In this document: one piece after another, positions 1-9,863 of the stretch
Numbering within the stretch: the stretch's first letter is position 1
How the letters are laid out: each line of letters opens with the position of its first letter
DNA from: Gammaproteobacteria bacterium
GTDB taxonomy: Bacteria > Pseudomonadota > Gammaproteobacteria > Pseudomonadales > JADFDG01
DNA: 58,766 nt
Reading direction: 5' to 3'
Assembly (NCBI GenBank): GCA_046566765.1
Contig: JBKHWA010000001.1
Span: 1-58,766, forward strand
Translations under genes and position numbers: made by a program
The notes under the pieces: model-generated
Told to the model about the DNA's origin: nothing
The model's input: the letters and a program-made list of their open reading frames with translations, nothing else
Databases searched by the model: none

Positions 1-270
1 CTGGTTCGCCACGCCGGCGCGATCTTCATGGGCCGGCACACGCCGGAGGCAATGGGCGATTACTGCGCCGGCCCCAACCATGTGCTGCCCACCAGTGGTA
101 CCGCGCGTTTTTCCTCGCCGCTGGGCGTCTACGACTTCCAGAAGCGCAGCTCGCTGATTTTCTGCTCGCCGGCCGGCGCCGGCGTGCTGGGCCGCATTGC
201 CGACACGCTCGCGCAGTGCGAAGGGCTCGAAGCGCACGCGCGCTCTGCTGCCATGCGCGTGAAGGACTGA
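1..270 (+). CDS. hisD: Histidinol dehydrogenase, C-terminal fragment (5' end outside window)
   Basis: Frame-1 ORF open from the window edge. The translation ...[33 protein letters not shown]... matches the conserved HisD C-terminus. TGA at 268-270 lies 4 nt before hisC. Confidence 0.9.
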   Translation: MVRHAGAIFMGRHTPEAMGDYCAGPNHVLPTSGTARFSSPLGVYDFQKRSSLIFCSPAGAGVLGRIADTLAQCEGLEAHARSAAMRVKD

Positions 271-274
271 GGCC

Positions 275-1336
275 ATGTCGAAATACTGGAGTGACTTCGT
301 CCACCGGCTGGTGCCGTACGTGCCGGGCGAGCAGCCGAAGATCGCCAACCTGGTGAAGCTGAACACCAACGAGAATCCGTATGCGCCGTCGCCGAAGGCG
401 ATCGCGGCGATGCGCGGCGAACTCGGCGACAACCTGCGCCGTTACCCCGACCCGGCCTCGGGCGCGCTGGTGGATGCCATCGCGGCATTCCATGGCGTGC
501 CGCGCGAGTACGTGTTTGTTGGTAACGGGTCCGACGAGGTGCTCGGCCACGTATTTCTCGGCCTGCTGAAGCATCCGCGGCCGATCCTGTTCCCGGACAT
601 CACCTACAGTTTTTACCCGGTGTACTGCGGCCTGTACGGCATCGCCTTCGAGACGTTGCCGCTCGACGAATCGTTCCGGGTGCGGTTGGCGGACTACGCG
701 CGCCCGAACGGCGGCATCGTCATCCCGAACCCGAACGCGCCGACCGGCATCGCGCTGACGCTGTCGGAAGTGGAAAAACTGGTGGCCGGCAACCCCGACT
801 CGGTGGTGGTGGTCGACGAGGCCTATGTCGACTTCGGTGCCGACAGCGCGGTGGCGCTGACGAAGAAATACCCGAACCTGCTGGTGACGCAGACGCTGTC
901 GAAGTCACGCTCGCTGGCCGGGCTGCGCGTTGGCTTCGCCATTGGTCAGCCGGAATTGGTCGAGGCGCTGGTGCGGGTGAAGGACAGTTTCAATTCCTAC
1001 CCGCTGGACCGGATGGCGATTGCCGGCGGCGCGGCGGCGATGGCCGATCGCGAGTACTTCGAGGAAACGCGGCAGGCAGTGATCGCCAGCCGCGAGACGC
1101 TGGTCGCCGAACTGGCGGCGCTGGGTTTCGAGGTGCTGCCGTCGGCGGCCAACTTCGTGTTTGCCCGTCACCGCCAGCGCGATGGTGCCGAACTGGCGCA
1201 GGCGTTGCGCGAACGCGCGGTGCTGGTTCGCCACTTCCGCAAGCCGGAGCGCATCGCGCCGTTCCTGCGGATCACCATCGGCCTGCCGGAAGAGAACGCG
1301 GCGCTGGTCGCCGCGCTGCGCGACATCCTGCGCTGA
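275..1336 (+). CDS. hisC: Histidinol-phosphate aminotransferase
   Basis: 353-aa ORF with class-II aminotransferase features (NENPY..., [14 protein letters not shown] with the PLP lysine). It is adjacent to hisD and has strong G/C third-position bias. Confidence 0.93.
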   Translation: MSKYWSDFVHRLVPYVPGEQPKIANLVKLNTNENPYAPSPKAIAAMRGELGDNLRRYPDPASGALVDAIAAFHGVPREYVFVGNGSDEVLGHVFLGLLKHPRPILFPDITYSFYPVYCGLYGIAFETLPLDESFRVRLADYARPNGGIVIPNPNAPTGIALTLSEVEKLVAGNPDSVVVVDEAYVDFGADSAVALTKKYPNLLVTQTLSKSRSLAGLRVGFAIGQPELVEALVRVKDSFNSYPLDRMAIAGGAAAMADREYFEETRQAVIASRETLVAELAALGFEVLPSAANFVFARHRQRDGAELAQALRERAVLVRHFRKPERIAPFLRITIGLPEENAALVAALRDILR

Positions 1337-1396
1337 AATTGCCGGCCTGCAGCGCGCCGGCCCGGCGCGTGTCAGGCCGCGCGTTCAGTCGCGCGC

Positions 1397-2590
1397 TCAG
1401 TCGCGGGTAGGAGAGCCGTTGGCCGGGCGTTCGCCGACCACCGCCGAAACCGTCTGCACCTTGTTGCCCTTGCGGGCCAGCGACAGCTTCACCGTCGTGC
1501 CTGGTTCGTGGGCGGCGATGGCGTCGATCAACTCGCGCGGGGCGAGGATTGCCTTGCCGTCGAGCGCGGTCACCACGTCGCCCGGCAGCACGCCGGCCTT
1601 GTGCGCCGGCCCGTTGCGGACCAGCCCGGTCACCACCACGCCCTGGGTGCCCGGCAGTTCCAGCGCCTGTGCCAGTTGCGGTGTCAGGAACTGCGGCTCC
1701 AGCCCCAGCCAGCCGCGCACCACGTGCCCGTGCTCGAGGATGTCGTCGAGTACCTCGCGGACGATGCGGGTGGGGATCGCGAAGCCGATGCCCTGGTAGC
1801 CGCCGCTCCTGGAGAAAATCACGCTGTTGATGCCGACCAGCTGGCCGCGTGCATCCACCAGCGCGCCGCCGGAATTCCCGGGGTTGATCGCGGCGTCGGT
1901 CTGGATAAAGTCCTCGAAGGTGTTGACGCCGAGCTCGCTGCGGCCGGTGGCGCTGACGATACCCATGGTGACGGTCTGGCCGACGCCGAACGGGTTGCCG
2001 ATCGCCAGCACCACGTCGCCGATCTGCAGCGAGCCGGAATCGCGCAGCGCGATCACCGGGATGTCGTCGAGTTGCATCCGCAACACGGCGAGGTCGGTGT
2101 CGGTATCGCTGCCGACGACGATGGCGCGCGCTTCGCGGCCATCGCGCAGTGCGATGATGATCTCGTCGGCGTCGGCCACCACGTGGTGGTTGGTCATCAC
2201 GTAGCCCTTGGCGCTGACAATCACGCCGGAGCCGAGGCTCGATTCCATCCGGCGCTGCATCGGCACCTGGTCGACGCCGAAGAAGCGGCGGAAGCGCGGG
2301 TCGGCGAACAGCGGGTTCAGCGGCGTCTCGACGGTCTTGCTGGTGTAGATGTTCACCACCGCCGGCGCAGCCCGGTTCACCGCGTCGGCGTAGGAGACCG
2401 GGCCCGAGGCGGCGGGGAGGGCGGCGGGTGTAGTGGCGGGCGGCTCTTCCGTCGCCGGCGGCGCGATCACGGCGGCGGGTGCCGCCGGCGCCTCGGCCGG
2501 GGCCTGCCCGCGCATGAACAGGATGATCGCTGCCGCGGCAACGAGGCCGGCGATGACGGGCCAGAACAGGAATCGGATTACACGGGTCAT
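1397..2590 (-). CDS. DegS/AlgW-type periplasmic serine endoprotease (trypsin-like domain plus one PDZ)
   Basis: Contains TNHHV (His), a DTDLAV-type Asp region, GNSGGAL (Ser) and a C-terminal PDZ. I chose the ATG at 2590 (MTRVIRFLFWPVIAGLV..., N-terminal TM anchor) rather than the track start at 2686. Confidence 0.88.
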   Translation of the reverse strand: MTRVIRFLFWPVIAGLVAAAAIILFMRGQAPAEAPAAPAAVIAPPATEEPPATTPAALPAASGPVSYADAVNRAAPAVVNIYTSKTVETPLNPLFADPRFRRFFGVDQVPMQRRMESSLGSGVIVSAKGYVMTNHHVVADADEIIIALRDGREARAIVVGSDTDTDLAVLRMQLDDIPVIALRDSGSLQIGDVVLAIGNPFGVGQTVTMGIVSATGRSELGVNTFEDFIQTDAAINPGNSGGALVDARGQLVGINSVIFSRSGGYQGIGFAIPTRIVREVLDDILEHGHVVRGWLGLEPQFLTPQLAQALELPGTQGVVVTGLVRNGPAHKAGVLPGDVVTALDGKAILAPRELIDAIAAHEPGTTVKLSLARKGNKVQTVSAVVGERPANGSPTRD

Positions 2591-2706
2591 GTCGGTACGG
2601 GGACCGCAAGGGGCCATGGCACGGCGGAGGATGCACAGGGTAACGTATCGGCCCGCATCCCTTTCCGTACCGATTCGGTAACTCACCGGTCCTGGCAGGT
2701 TTCCCG

Positions 2707-3486
2707 ATGTCTCCTTCCCCGATGCCGACGGTCAGCCGTCGCGTCCTCGTTTCCGCCCTCGATGAACTGCTGGCCCCGCACCTGTTCAGCGATTACTGCC
2801 CGAACGGCCTGCAGGTCGAGGGGCGGGCGGAAATCCGCCGGGTGGTGACCGGCGTCACGGCCTGCCAGGCGTTGCTGGATGCCGCGGTCGAGGCGCGCGC
2901 CGACGCCGTGCTGGTGCACCACGGTTACTTCTGGAAAAGCGAGGACGCGCGCGTCACCGGCATGAAGAAGCGCCGGCTGGCGACGCTGCTCGGCCACGAC
3001 ATCAACCTGCTCGCCTACCACCTGCCACTGGATGCGCACCCCGAACTCGGCAACAACGTGCAGTTGGCGCGGCGTCTCGGGCTGGTGCTGACCGGTCCGC
3101 TCGATCCCTTCGACCGGCGCGTGGTTGGCAACACCGGGGAGCTGGCGACGCCGGAAACCGCCGGGCGTTTTGCCGCGCGTGTCGGCGGCGTGCTCGGCCG
3201 CGAGGTGTTCCATGTCGGCGATGCCGAGGCGCCGGTGCGTACCGTCGGCTGGTGCACGGGGGCGGCGCAGGGCTATATCGAGCAGGCGGTGGCTGCCGGC
3301 GTCGATCTCTACCTCACCGGCGAGGTGTCGGAGCAGACGGTGCATGTCGCGCGCGAGACCGGCATCCAGTTCCTGGCTTGCGGCCACCACGCCACCGAGC
3401 GTTACGGTGTGCAGGCGGTGGGCGACTGGCTGGCGGCGCGATTCGGCATTGAACACCGCTACATCGATATCCCCAACCCGGTGTAG
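2707..3486 (+). CDS. ybgI: Nif3-like dinuclear metal centre protein (YbgI family)
   Basis: Near-colinear with E. coli YbgI motifs: SDYCPNGLQVEG, VHHGYFWK, HLPLDAHPELGNN, GHHATERYG, IDIPNPV. Confidence 0.92.
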   Translation: MSPSPMPTVSRRVLVSALDELLAPHLFSDYCPNGLQVEGRAEIRRVVTGVTACQALLDAAVEARADAVLVHHGYFWKSEDARVTGMKKRRLATLLGHDINLLAYHLPLDAHPELGNNVQLARRLGLVLTGPLDPFDRRVVGNTGELATPETAGRFAARVGGVLGREVFHVGDAEAPVRTVGWCTGAAQGYIEQAVAAGVDLYLTGEVSEQTVHVARETGIQFLACGHHATERYGVQAVGDWLAARFGIEHRYIDIPNPV

Positions 3487-3502
3487 GTGACGGGCGGGAA
3501 AT

Positions 3503-3530
3503 AAAAAACGCGCCGGACGGCGCGTTTTTT
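3503..3530. terminator. Bidirectional rho-independent terminator
   Basis: AAAAAACGCGCC-GGAC-GGCGCGTTTTTT: a GC stem flanked by an A-run and a T-run, lying between the convergent ybgI homolog and the response regulator. Confidence 0.8.
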
Positions 3531-3547
3531 ATTTGCATGCAAGCGAC

Positions 3548-4240
3548 TCAGCTCGACGAGACGATGCGGATCGGTGCCGCGAACACGTAACCCTGGGTGC
3601 GCGCCGAGCGCAACGGCGATTCCTCGCCCTCGTCCTGCAGCTTTTTCCGCAGCCGGCTGATGGCGGCCTCGATGCGACGCTCGTCGAACTGCAGGAAGTC
3701 GTGGCCCAGCGCTTCCACCAGCGCGCGCCGGCTGGCGACATCCGGCGCCGCCTGCGCCAGCTGCAGCATCAGCAGGTACTCGGTGTTGGTCAACGCGGAC
3801 TGTACGCCGCGCGGCGAAACGACTTCGCGCCGGGTGGTGTCGAGTTGCCAGCCGCCATCGCCGCCGGCCCGTGGCCCCAGGCGCCGGCCGACGCTGACGA
3901 CCACCGCCACCAGTTCGCGCAGGTCGACCGGCTTCACCAGGTAGGCGTCGGCGCCCAGCGACAAGCCGTGCAGCTTGTCGTCGATCAGGCCGCGGGCGGT
4001 GAGCATGACGATGCCGATGCCGGGGTGATCGCGACGCAGCCGGGTGGCGATGCTGAAGCCGTCCTCGCCGGGCAGGCCGATGTCGAGCACGACGACGTCG
4101 GGCAGCGGGTCGGTCGCCAGCGAGCGATCGAGTGCCGTGGCGTCGGCGACACCGGCGGCCTCATGGCCGGCATGACGGAGGTGGAATACGACCTCCTCAC
4201 GCAGGTCGTTGTTGTCTTCAATGACGGTGACGCGGCTCAA
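3548..4240 (-). CDS. OmpR/PhoB-family response regulator (receiver plus winged-helix)
   Basis: Receiver motifs (VVVLDIGLPGEDG, MLTARG, ADAYLVKP) and a C-terminal wHTH (LTNTEYLLMLQLA..., GYVF). The only in-frame start is TTG at 4240. Confidence 0.88.
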   Translation of the reverse strand: MSRVTVIEDNNDLREEVVFHLRHAGHEAAGVADATALDRSLATDPLPDVVVLDIGLPGEDGFSIATRLRRDHPGIGIVMLTARGLIDDKLHGLSLGADAYLVKPVDLRELVAVVVSVGRRLGPRAGGDGGWQLDTTRREVVSPRGVQSALTNTEYLLMLQLAQAAPDVASRRALVEALGHDFLQFDERRIEAAISRLRKKLQDEGEESPLRSARTQGYVFAAPIRIVSSS

Positions 4241-4342
4241 TGCCTGGCCTGCAGGGGTGGATCAGGGGGAGCGTCAAGATACCGCAGCGTCCTGCGGCGG
4301 GGGGTGGTGGCACGACTGACAAACCCTGACGCGGGCGAACTG

Positions 4343-6280
4343 TCAGGCCGCGCGGGGCAGCCAGAGCTCGAAGCGGGCGCCACGGCCGTCCACCGGTTCG
4401 AGGCAGCGCAGTGTGCCGCCGGCCTGCGTGGCAATGTGGTGCGCTACGTACAGGCCCAGCCCGAGCCCGGCGGTGCCGCTGCCCTCACCGCCACGGAAGT
4501 ACTTGTCGAAAATGCGTTCACGATCCCCTGCCGGCACGCCGATGCCGTGATCGGTGATGGTCCAGGTGTAGCCGTCCCGGCCGTCGCGCTGCGCAGTACC
4601 GACATCTACCTCCACCAGCGAGTGCGGGGGCGAGTACTTGCAGGCATTGTCGAGCAGGTTGATGAGGATGAAGCCGAGCATTTCCGCCCGCCCCTGCACC
4701 GGCGCCGACTCCATCCCCAGCTGCACGTTGATCTGCTGGTTGCTTTTCGGCTCGAAGTGATCGATGACGTCACAGCTGAGTTTCACCAGGTCACAGCGGG
4801 TGCGACCGCTGCCGCCGCGTGGTCCGGGCCGCACCTGGTGCAGGGCCAGTTCGACCAGCAGGTTGAGCCGGTGCACGGCGCGCTGGATGCGGTCGTAGCG
4901 CACGGTCCGCTCGGCCGGCGGTTTTTCGTCGAGCAACTGCAGCGACTGCGTCGCGGCGTCGATGATCGAGATCGGCGTGCGGATCTCGTGCGCCACCATC
5001 GACAGGAACTGGTCGTGCTCGTCGCGACGTTGCCGCTCCTGCTCCATCTCGAGCCGCGATGCTTCCGCCTGCCGTGCCAGTGCTTCCCGTTCACGCTCAC
5101 TCGCGCGCGTGCGCAGCACGATTGCCGCGTGCAGCAGGAACAGGTGGGCGAGGTTGCCAAGGTGCGCGCTCATGATCGAGAACTGCGAGGTGGGCAGCAA
5201 CCCGAGGTAGGCCAGTGCGCCGAACAGCAACAACAGGCTGTAAATGACGAATGCCATCCCGGTGAGTCGCTGCGTTGCGCTGCCATGGCGGATGCGTGCT
5301 GCGACGACCGGCAGGGTGCCGGCAATCACCAGCAGGATGGCGCCCTGCAGCCAGGGCGCGACGTACACGTAATGGCCGCTCACCGCCGACATCGCGGTAA
5401 CGATGGCCAGCAGCGAGGTAAACATGAACAGCCGGCGGAGGTAGCGGTGACGTACCTCGTCGAGATCGAGCATGCGATCGAAGAAGGCGAGGCCGAAGGC
5501 AGTGGCCAGCGCCATGCCGAGGCCGACCATCATGTCCGGGATTTCCGGGATCGACGGGAAGATGTACTGCGCGGCAAGGCCGCTGTAGGCCAGGCCGTGT
5601 AACAGCAGCATGCCGATGTAGGCGAGGTACAACAGGTAAAGCCGGCTGCGCAGCAGCAGCCAGTTGATGGCGATCAGCAGCATCACCGCCGCCAGCAAGC
5701 CGAGGTAAAGCCCGCTCAGCAGGTACTGGCCGAACGACGACTCGACCAGGTTCCGTCCGTGCCAGACGCGGAGCACCGCCACCATCGAACTGCCGGTGCT
5801 GATGCGCAGGTAACCGGTGTGGTCGCCGGGAGACAGTTCGAGGCGAAACAGGATGGAGCGGTGGTCGAGCTGGCTGGCGGTCCGTGGCTGGCGGTCGCCC
5901 TCCCGGCGCGTTTCGATGCTGCCGTCGGGGTGTACCAGGTGGAGCTGCACGTCATCGAGGAACGGCGGCAGGACCTCCAGCCACCAGCGACGGTCGTCGC
6001 CCTGCTGGCGGAGGCTGAAGCGCAACCAGTAGGTTTCGTCGGTATAGCCGGCGCCGAGGTTGCCGGTCAGCGGCCGGAACGCGCCGCGCGCATCGGCGGC
6101 GCGGACCTCGTCGAGCGTCAGCGAGCCGTCCGGGTCGCGCAGGAACGACAGCTGTCCCTGGTCGAGGGAAATGCCATCGCCGTTGGCGGGATCAAGCAGT
6201 ACCTGTTCGCCTGGTGCTGCCGCCGCGATCGCCGCCGGCCACGCCAGCAGCAACAGCAGGAGCAGGCGCCCGGCAAGCAC
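4343..6280 (-). CDS. Sensor histidine kinase with 7TMR-DISM-type N-terminal sensor (extracellular domain plus 7 TM) and HisKA/HATPase_c
   Basis: Signal peptide MLAGRLLLLLLLAWPAAIAAAAP, a periplasmic domain of about 170 aa, seven hydrophobic helices, H-box SMVAHEIRTP, N-box LLDNACKYS and G-boxes DHGIGV / GLGLGLY. GTG start. Confidence 0.88.
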   Translation of the reverse strand: MLAGRLLLLLLLAWPAAIAAAAPGEQVLLDPANGDGISLDQGQLSFLRDPDGSLTLDEVRAADARGAFRPLTGNLGAGYTDETYWLRFSLRQQGDDRRWWLEVLPPFLDDVQLHLVHPDGSIETRREGDRQPRTASQLDHRSILFRLELSPGDHTGYLRISTGSSMVAVLRVWHGRNLVESSFGQYLLSGLYLGLLAAVMLLIAINWLLLRSRLYLLYLAYIGMLLLHGLAYSGLAAQYIFPSIPEIPDMMVGLGMALATAFGLAFFDRMLDLDEVRHRYLRRLFMFTSLLAIVTAMSAVSGHYVYVAPWLQGAILLVIAGTLPVVAARIRHGSATQRLTGMAFVIYSLLLLFGALAYLGLLPTSQFSIMSAHLGNLAHLFLLHAAIVLRTRASEREREALARQAEASRLEMEQERQRRDEHDQFLSMVAHEIRTPISIIDAATQSLQLLDEKPPAERTVRYDRIQRAVHRLNLLVELALHQVRPGPRGGSGRTRCDLVKLSCDVIDHFEPKSNQQINVQLGMESAPVQGRAEMLGFILINLLDNACKYSPPHSLVEVDVGTAQRDGRDGYTWTITDHGIGVPAGDRERIFDKYFRGGEGSGTAGLGLGLYVAHHIATQAGGTLRCLEPVDGRGARFELWLPRAA

Positions 6281-6679
6281 TCAGCCGGCGCTCTTCCCGG
6301 TCTGCTCGCCGCGCAACCCGTAGCGTTCCGAGAGCGTGCCCTCGTCCTCCGGGGTCGTGCGGTCGTAGTAATCGCGCGGCATGGCGAGATTGCTGAGGTC
6401 GAACTCTTCCTGCTTTGCTGCCTGCTGGTCTTCTGCCCGGCGCTTCAGGCCGAAATCCTCGGCCAGCGTGCCGCGCTGGCGCCGGTCGGCGAGGTAATAG
6501 TCGCGCGGAACCAATACCGGGTCGGTGTCGACCAGGATCGGCGCCGACGTCTTGCCGCGGCGCTGGCGCGCCATGGCGTAGGCGCGGCGCAGCTGGCGAC
6601 GACGATCGAATGACGGACGCAGCGCGAGGCCGACGGCAAGACCGGCAATGAAGACAACGAGCAGGGTGACGAAGATCAT
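6281..6679 (-). CDS. Small single-pass membrane protein with tandem PRDYY...GTLxE(x)(F/Y)GL repeats (no family recognised)
   Basis: ATG at 6679 is preceded by AGGAAG. It has an N-terminal TM (MIFVTLLVVFIAGLAVGLAL) followed by an Arg-rich stretch. Its stop TGA directly abuts the kinase GTG. The track ORF extends to 6745, but that extension lacks an SD. Confidence 0.6.
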   Translation of the reverse strand: MIFVTLLVVFIAGLAVGLALRPSFDRRRQLRRAYAMARQRRGKTSAPILVDTDPVLVPRDYYLADRRQRGTLAEDFGLKRRAEDQQAAKQEEFDLSNLAMPRDYYDRTTPEDEGTLSERYGLRGEQTGKSAG

Positions 6680-6770
6680 CGACGCTTCCTGGTTTGCGGT
6701 TGGTGGCGAAGGGGACGGCGCGTATCCTGCGCCCCTGCCAGCCATCCTGACCTGAACAGCCCCGGATTGT

Positions 6771-7487
6771 ATGCAAGTAGTCTCCGAAACCGAAGGTGTC
6801 CGTCTGCTTGCCGGCCTGGGCGAGGGTGGCGCCTTGCTCGCCGGCCCGGGTGGCGCGATCGAACTGCGGGTCGACGTTCGCAGCGACGCCGCGGTACCCG
6901 GCGCCGACCTGCTGATCTGTCACCCGCACCCGCTGCACGGCGGCACGCTGGACAACAAGGTGGTGCATACGCTGGCGCGCGCCGCACGCGATGCGGGGCT
7001 GCGGGCGATCCGCTTCAATTTCCGCGGCGTCGGTCGCAGCGGAGGCGTGCATGACCGCGGTCGCGGCGAGGTGGACGACCTGTGCGCGCTGGTGAACGCC
7101 ATCGTCACCGCGTCGCCCGGCCGCGTCCTGTTGCTCGCCGGCTTTTCGTTTGGCGCGTACGTGGCGGCATCGTCGCTGGAACGGCTCGCATCTGCCGGGC
7201 AACTGCCGCGTGCGGCCTTGCTGGTGGCACCGCCGGTGCACTACCCGGGATTTCCCGCCATGCCGCCGTTCCCGGTGCCGGTCACGGTATTCCAGGGCAG
7301 GGACGACGAGGTCGTTGCCGCCGACGCCGTTGCAGACTGGTGCGGGCTCCGCGGGTTGCCGTTGCAGGCGTTCGCCACCGGCCATTTCTTCCACGGGTTG
7401 CTGCCGGACCTGAAGGCTGCGACCGAGGCCTGGATCCGGGATGCCTTTCCGGAGGCTGGCCCGGCCGGTAAATTGCCGCTCCCATGA
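6771..7487 (+). CDS. Alpha/beta-fold hydrolase (small, YqiA/COG2945-like)
   Basis: HPHPLHGG oxyanion-type motif, GFSFG nucleophile elbow and a C-terminal ...GHFFHG. Its stop overlaps the zapE start (ATGA). Confidence 0.75.
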   Translation: MQVVSETEGVRLLAGLGEGGALLAGPGGAIELRVDVRSDAAVPGADLLICHPHPLHGGTLDNKVVHTLARAARDAGLRAIRFNFRGVGRSGGVHDRGRGEVDDLCALVNAIVTASPGRVLLLAGFSFGAYVAASSLERLASAGQLPRAALLVAPPVHYPGFPAMPPFPVPVTVFQGRDDEVVAADAVADWCGLRGLPLQAFATGHFFHGLLPDLKAATEAWIRDAFPEAGPAGKLPLP

Positions 7488-8626
7488 GTGCCCCCCAGCC
7501 CCCGATCACCGCTGACCGTCCGCCACGCCTGTCGCCGCGCGATCACTACCGGCAGGACCTGTCACGCCCGGGTTTCCAGCCCGACGCCGCGCAGGCGCAC
7601 GCCGTCGAGCGCCTGCAGGCGTTGCATGAGCAACTGGTCGAGCGCTGGCGGGAGGACCGCGGGCTGGTCGGCCGCATGCAGCGCAGCTTTGGCGGCCGCG
7701 AAAGCGTGCGCGGCCTCTATTTCTGGGGTGGGGTCGGCCGCGGCAAGACCTATCTCATGGACATCTTCTTCGACAGCCTGCCGTTCCGGCGGAAGATGCG
7801 CAGCCACTTCCACCGGTTCATGCAGCGGGTGCATGCGGAGCTGCGGACGCTGCAGGGCAAGAAAAACCCGCTGGACACCGTTGCCGACCGTTTCGCGAAG
7901 GAAGCACTGGTCATCTGCTTCGACGAGTTCTTCGTCTCCGATATCACCGACGCGATGATCCTCGGTTCGCTGTTCGAGAAATTGTTTGCACGCGGCGTGA
8001 CGCTGGTCGCCACCTCCAATATCGTCCCGGACGACCTGTACAAGGATGGCCTGCAGCGCGAGCGCTTCCTGCCGGCGATCGAGATCCTCAAGCGCAATGT
8101 CGACGTGGTGAACGTCGACAGCGGGATCGACTATCGCCTGCGGGTGCTGGAGCGCGCCGAGATATTCCACTACCCGCTGGATGCTGCGGCCGATGCCGGC
8201 CTCGAGCGGAGCTTCCGCGAACTGGCGCCGGCGATGATCCTCTGCGAGAACGATTGCTTCGTGGAGGTCAACGACCGCCGCATTCCCGCGCGCAAACTGG
8301 CCGAGGACGTCGCCTGGTTCGAATTCGTGCCGATGTGCGTGCAACCGCGCAGTGCGGCCGACTACATCGAGCTGGCCCGCCAGTTCCACGCGGTATTGCT
8401 GGGCAATGTTCCGCGCATGGATGCCTCGCAGGATGACGCGGTTCGCCGCTTCATCAACATGGTCGACGAGTTCTACGACCGCAACGTGAAGCTCATCCTG
8501 TCGGCGGCGGTCCCGTTGGCGGAGCTTTACGCCGGCGGCCGCCTCGATTTCGAGTTCAAGCGGACGCAAAGCCGTCTGCTGGAAATGCAGTCGCACGAGT
8601 ACCTCGCCCGGCCGCACAAGCCCTGA
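7484..8626 (+). CDS. zapE: Cell division protein ZapE (AFG1-like ATPase)
   Basis: Walker A GGVGRGKT and Walker B VICFDEFFV, with overall AFG1/ZapE architecture. Confidence 0.88.
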   Translation: MSAPQPPITADRPPRLSPRDHYRQDLSRPGFQPDAAQAHAVERLQALHEQLVERWREDRGLVGRMQRSFGGRESVRGLYFWGGVGRGKTYLMDIFFDSLPFRRKMRSHFHRFMQRVHAELRTLQGKKNPLDTVADRFAKEALVICFDEFFVSDITDAMILGSLFEKLFARGVTLVATSNIVPDDLYKDGLQRERFLPAIEILKRNVDVVNVDSGIDYRLRVLERAEIFHYPLDAAADAGLERSFRELAPAMILCENDCFVEVNDRRIPARKLAEDVAWFEFVPMCVQPRSAADYIELARQFHAVLLGNVPRMDASQDDAVRRFINMVDEFYDRNVKLILSAAVPLAELYAGGRLDFEFKRTQSRLLEMQSHEYLARPHKP

Positions 8627-8668
8627 TGTCCAACCTGTCCAGACAATCCACAGCCGAGGAAAGCCACG

Positions 8669-9811
<1,143 letters not shown>

Positions 9812-9822
9812 CCGGCGATATC

Positions 9823-9857
9823 AAAAAAAAGGCCGCGCATTGCGCGGCCTTTTTTTG
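9823..9857. terminator. Bidirectional rho-independent terminator
   Basis: A8-GGCCGCGC-ATT-GCGCGGCC-T7, lying between convergent genes. Confidence 0.85.
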
Positions 9858-9863
9858 GCCGGA

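Noticed and set aside
1380-1408. Short direct repeat TCAGTCGCG(C/G)G x2 at the 3' end of the protease gene.
   Set aside because: It has only two 12-bp units overlapping the stop codon, which is consistent with chance or slippage in GC-rich sequence. No structure or function is suggested.
1508-2848. 446-aa plus-strand ORF, plus 1272..2636(-).
   Set aside because: The first is the antisense strand and the second an alternative frame of the DegS/AlgW protease gene. Only the 1397..2590(-) frame shows the catalytic triad and the PDZ domain.
3533-5602. 689-aa plus-strand ORF, plus 5759..6613(+) and 6192..7394(-).
   Set aside because: Antisense or out-of-frame shadows of the response regulator, the histidine kinase, the small membrane protein and the hydrolase. 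Their products are Arg/Ala/Gly-rich with no domains.
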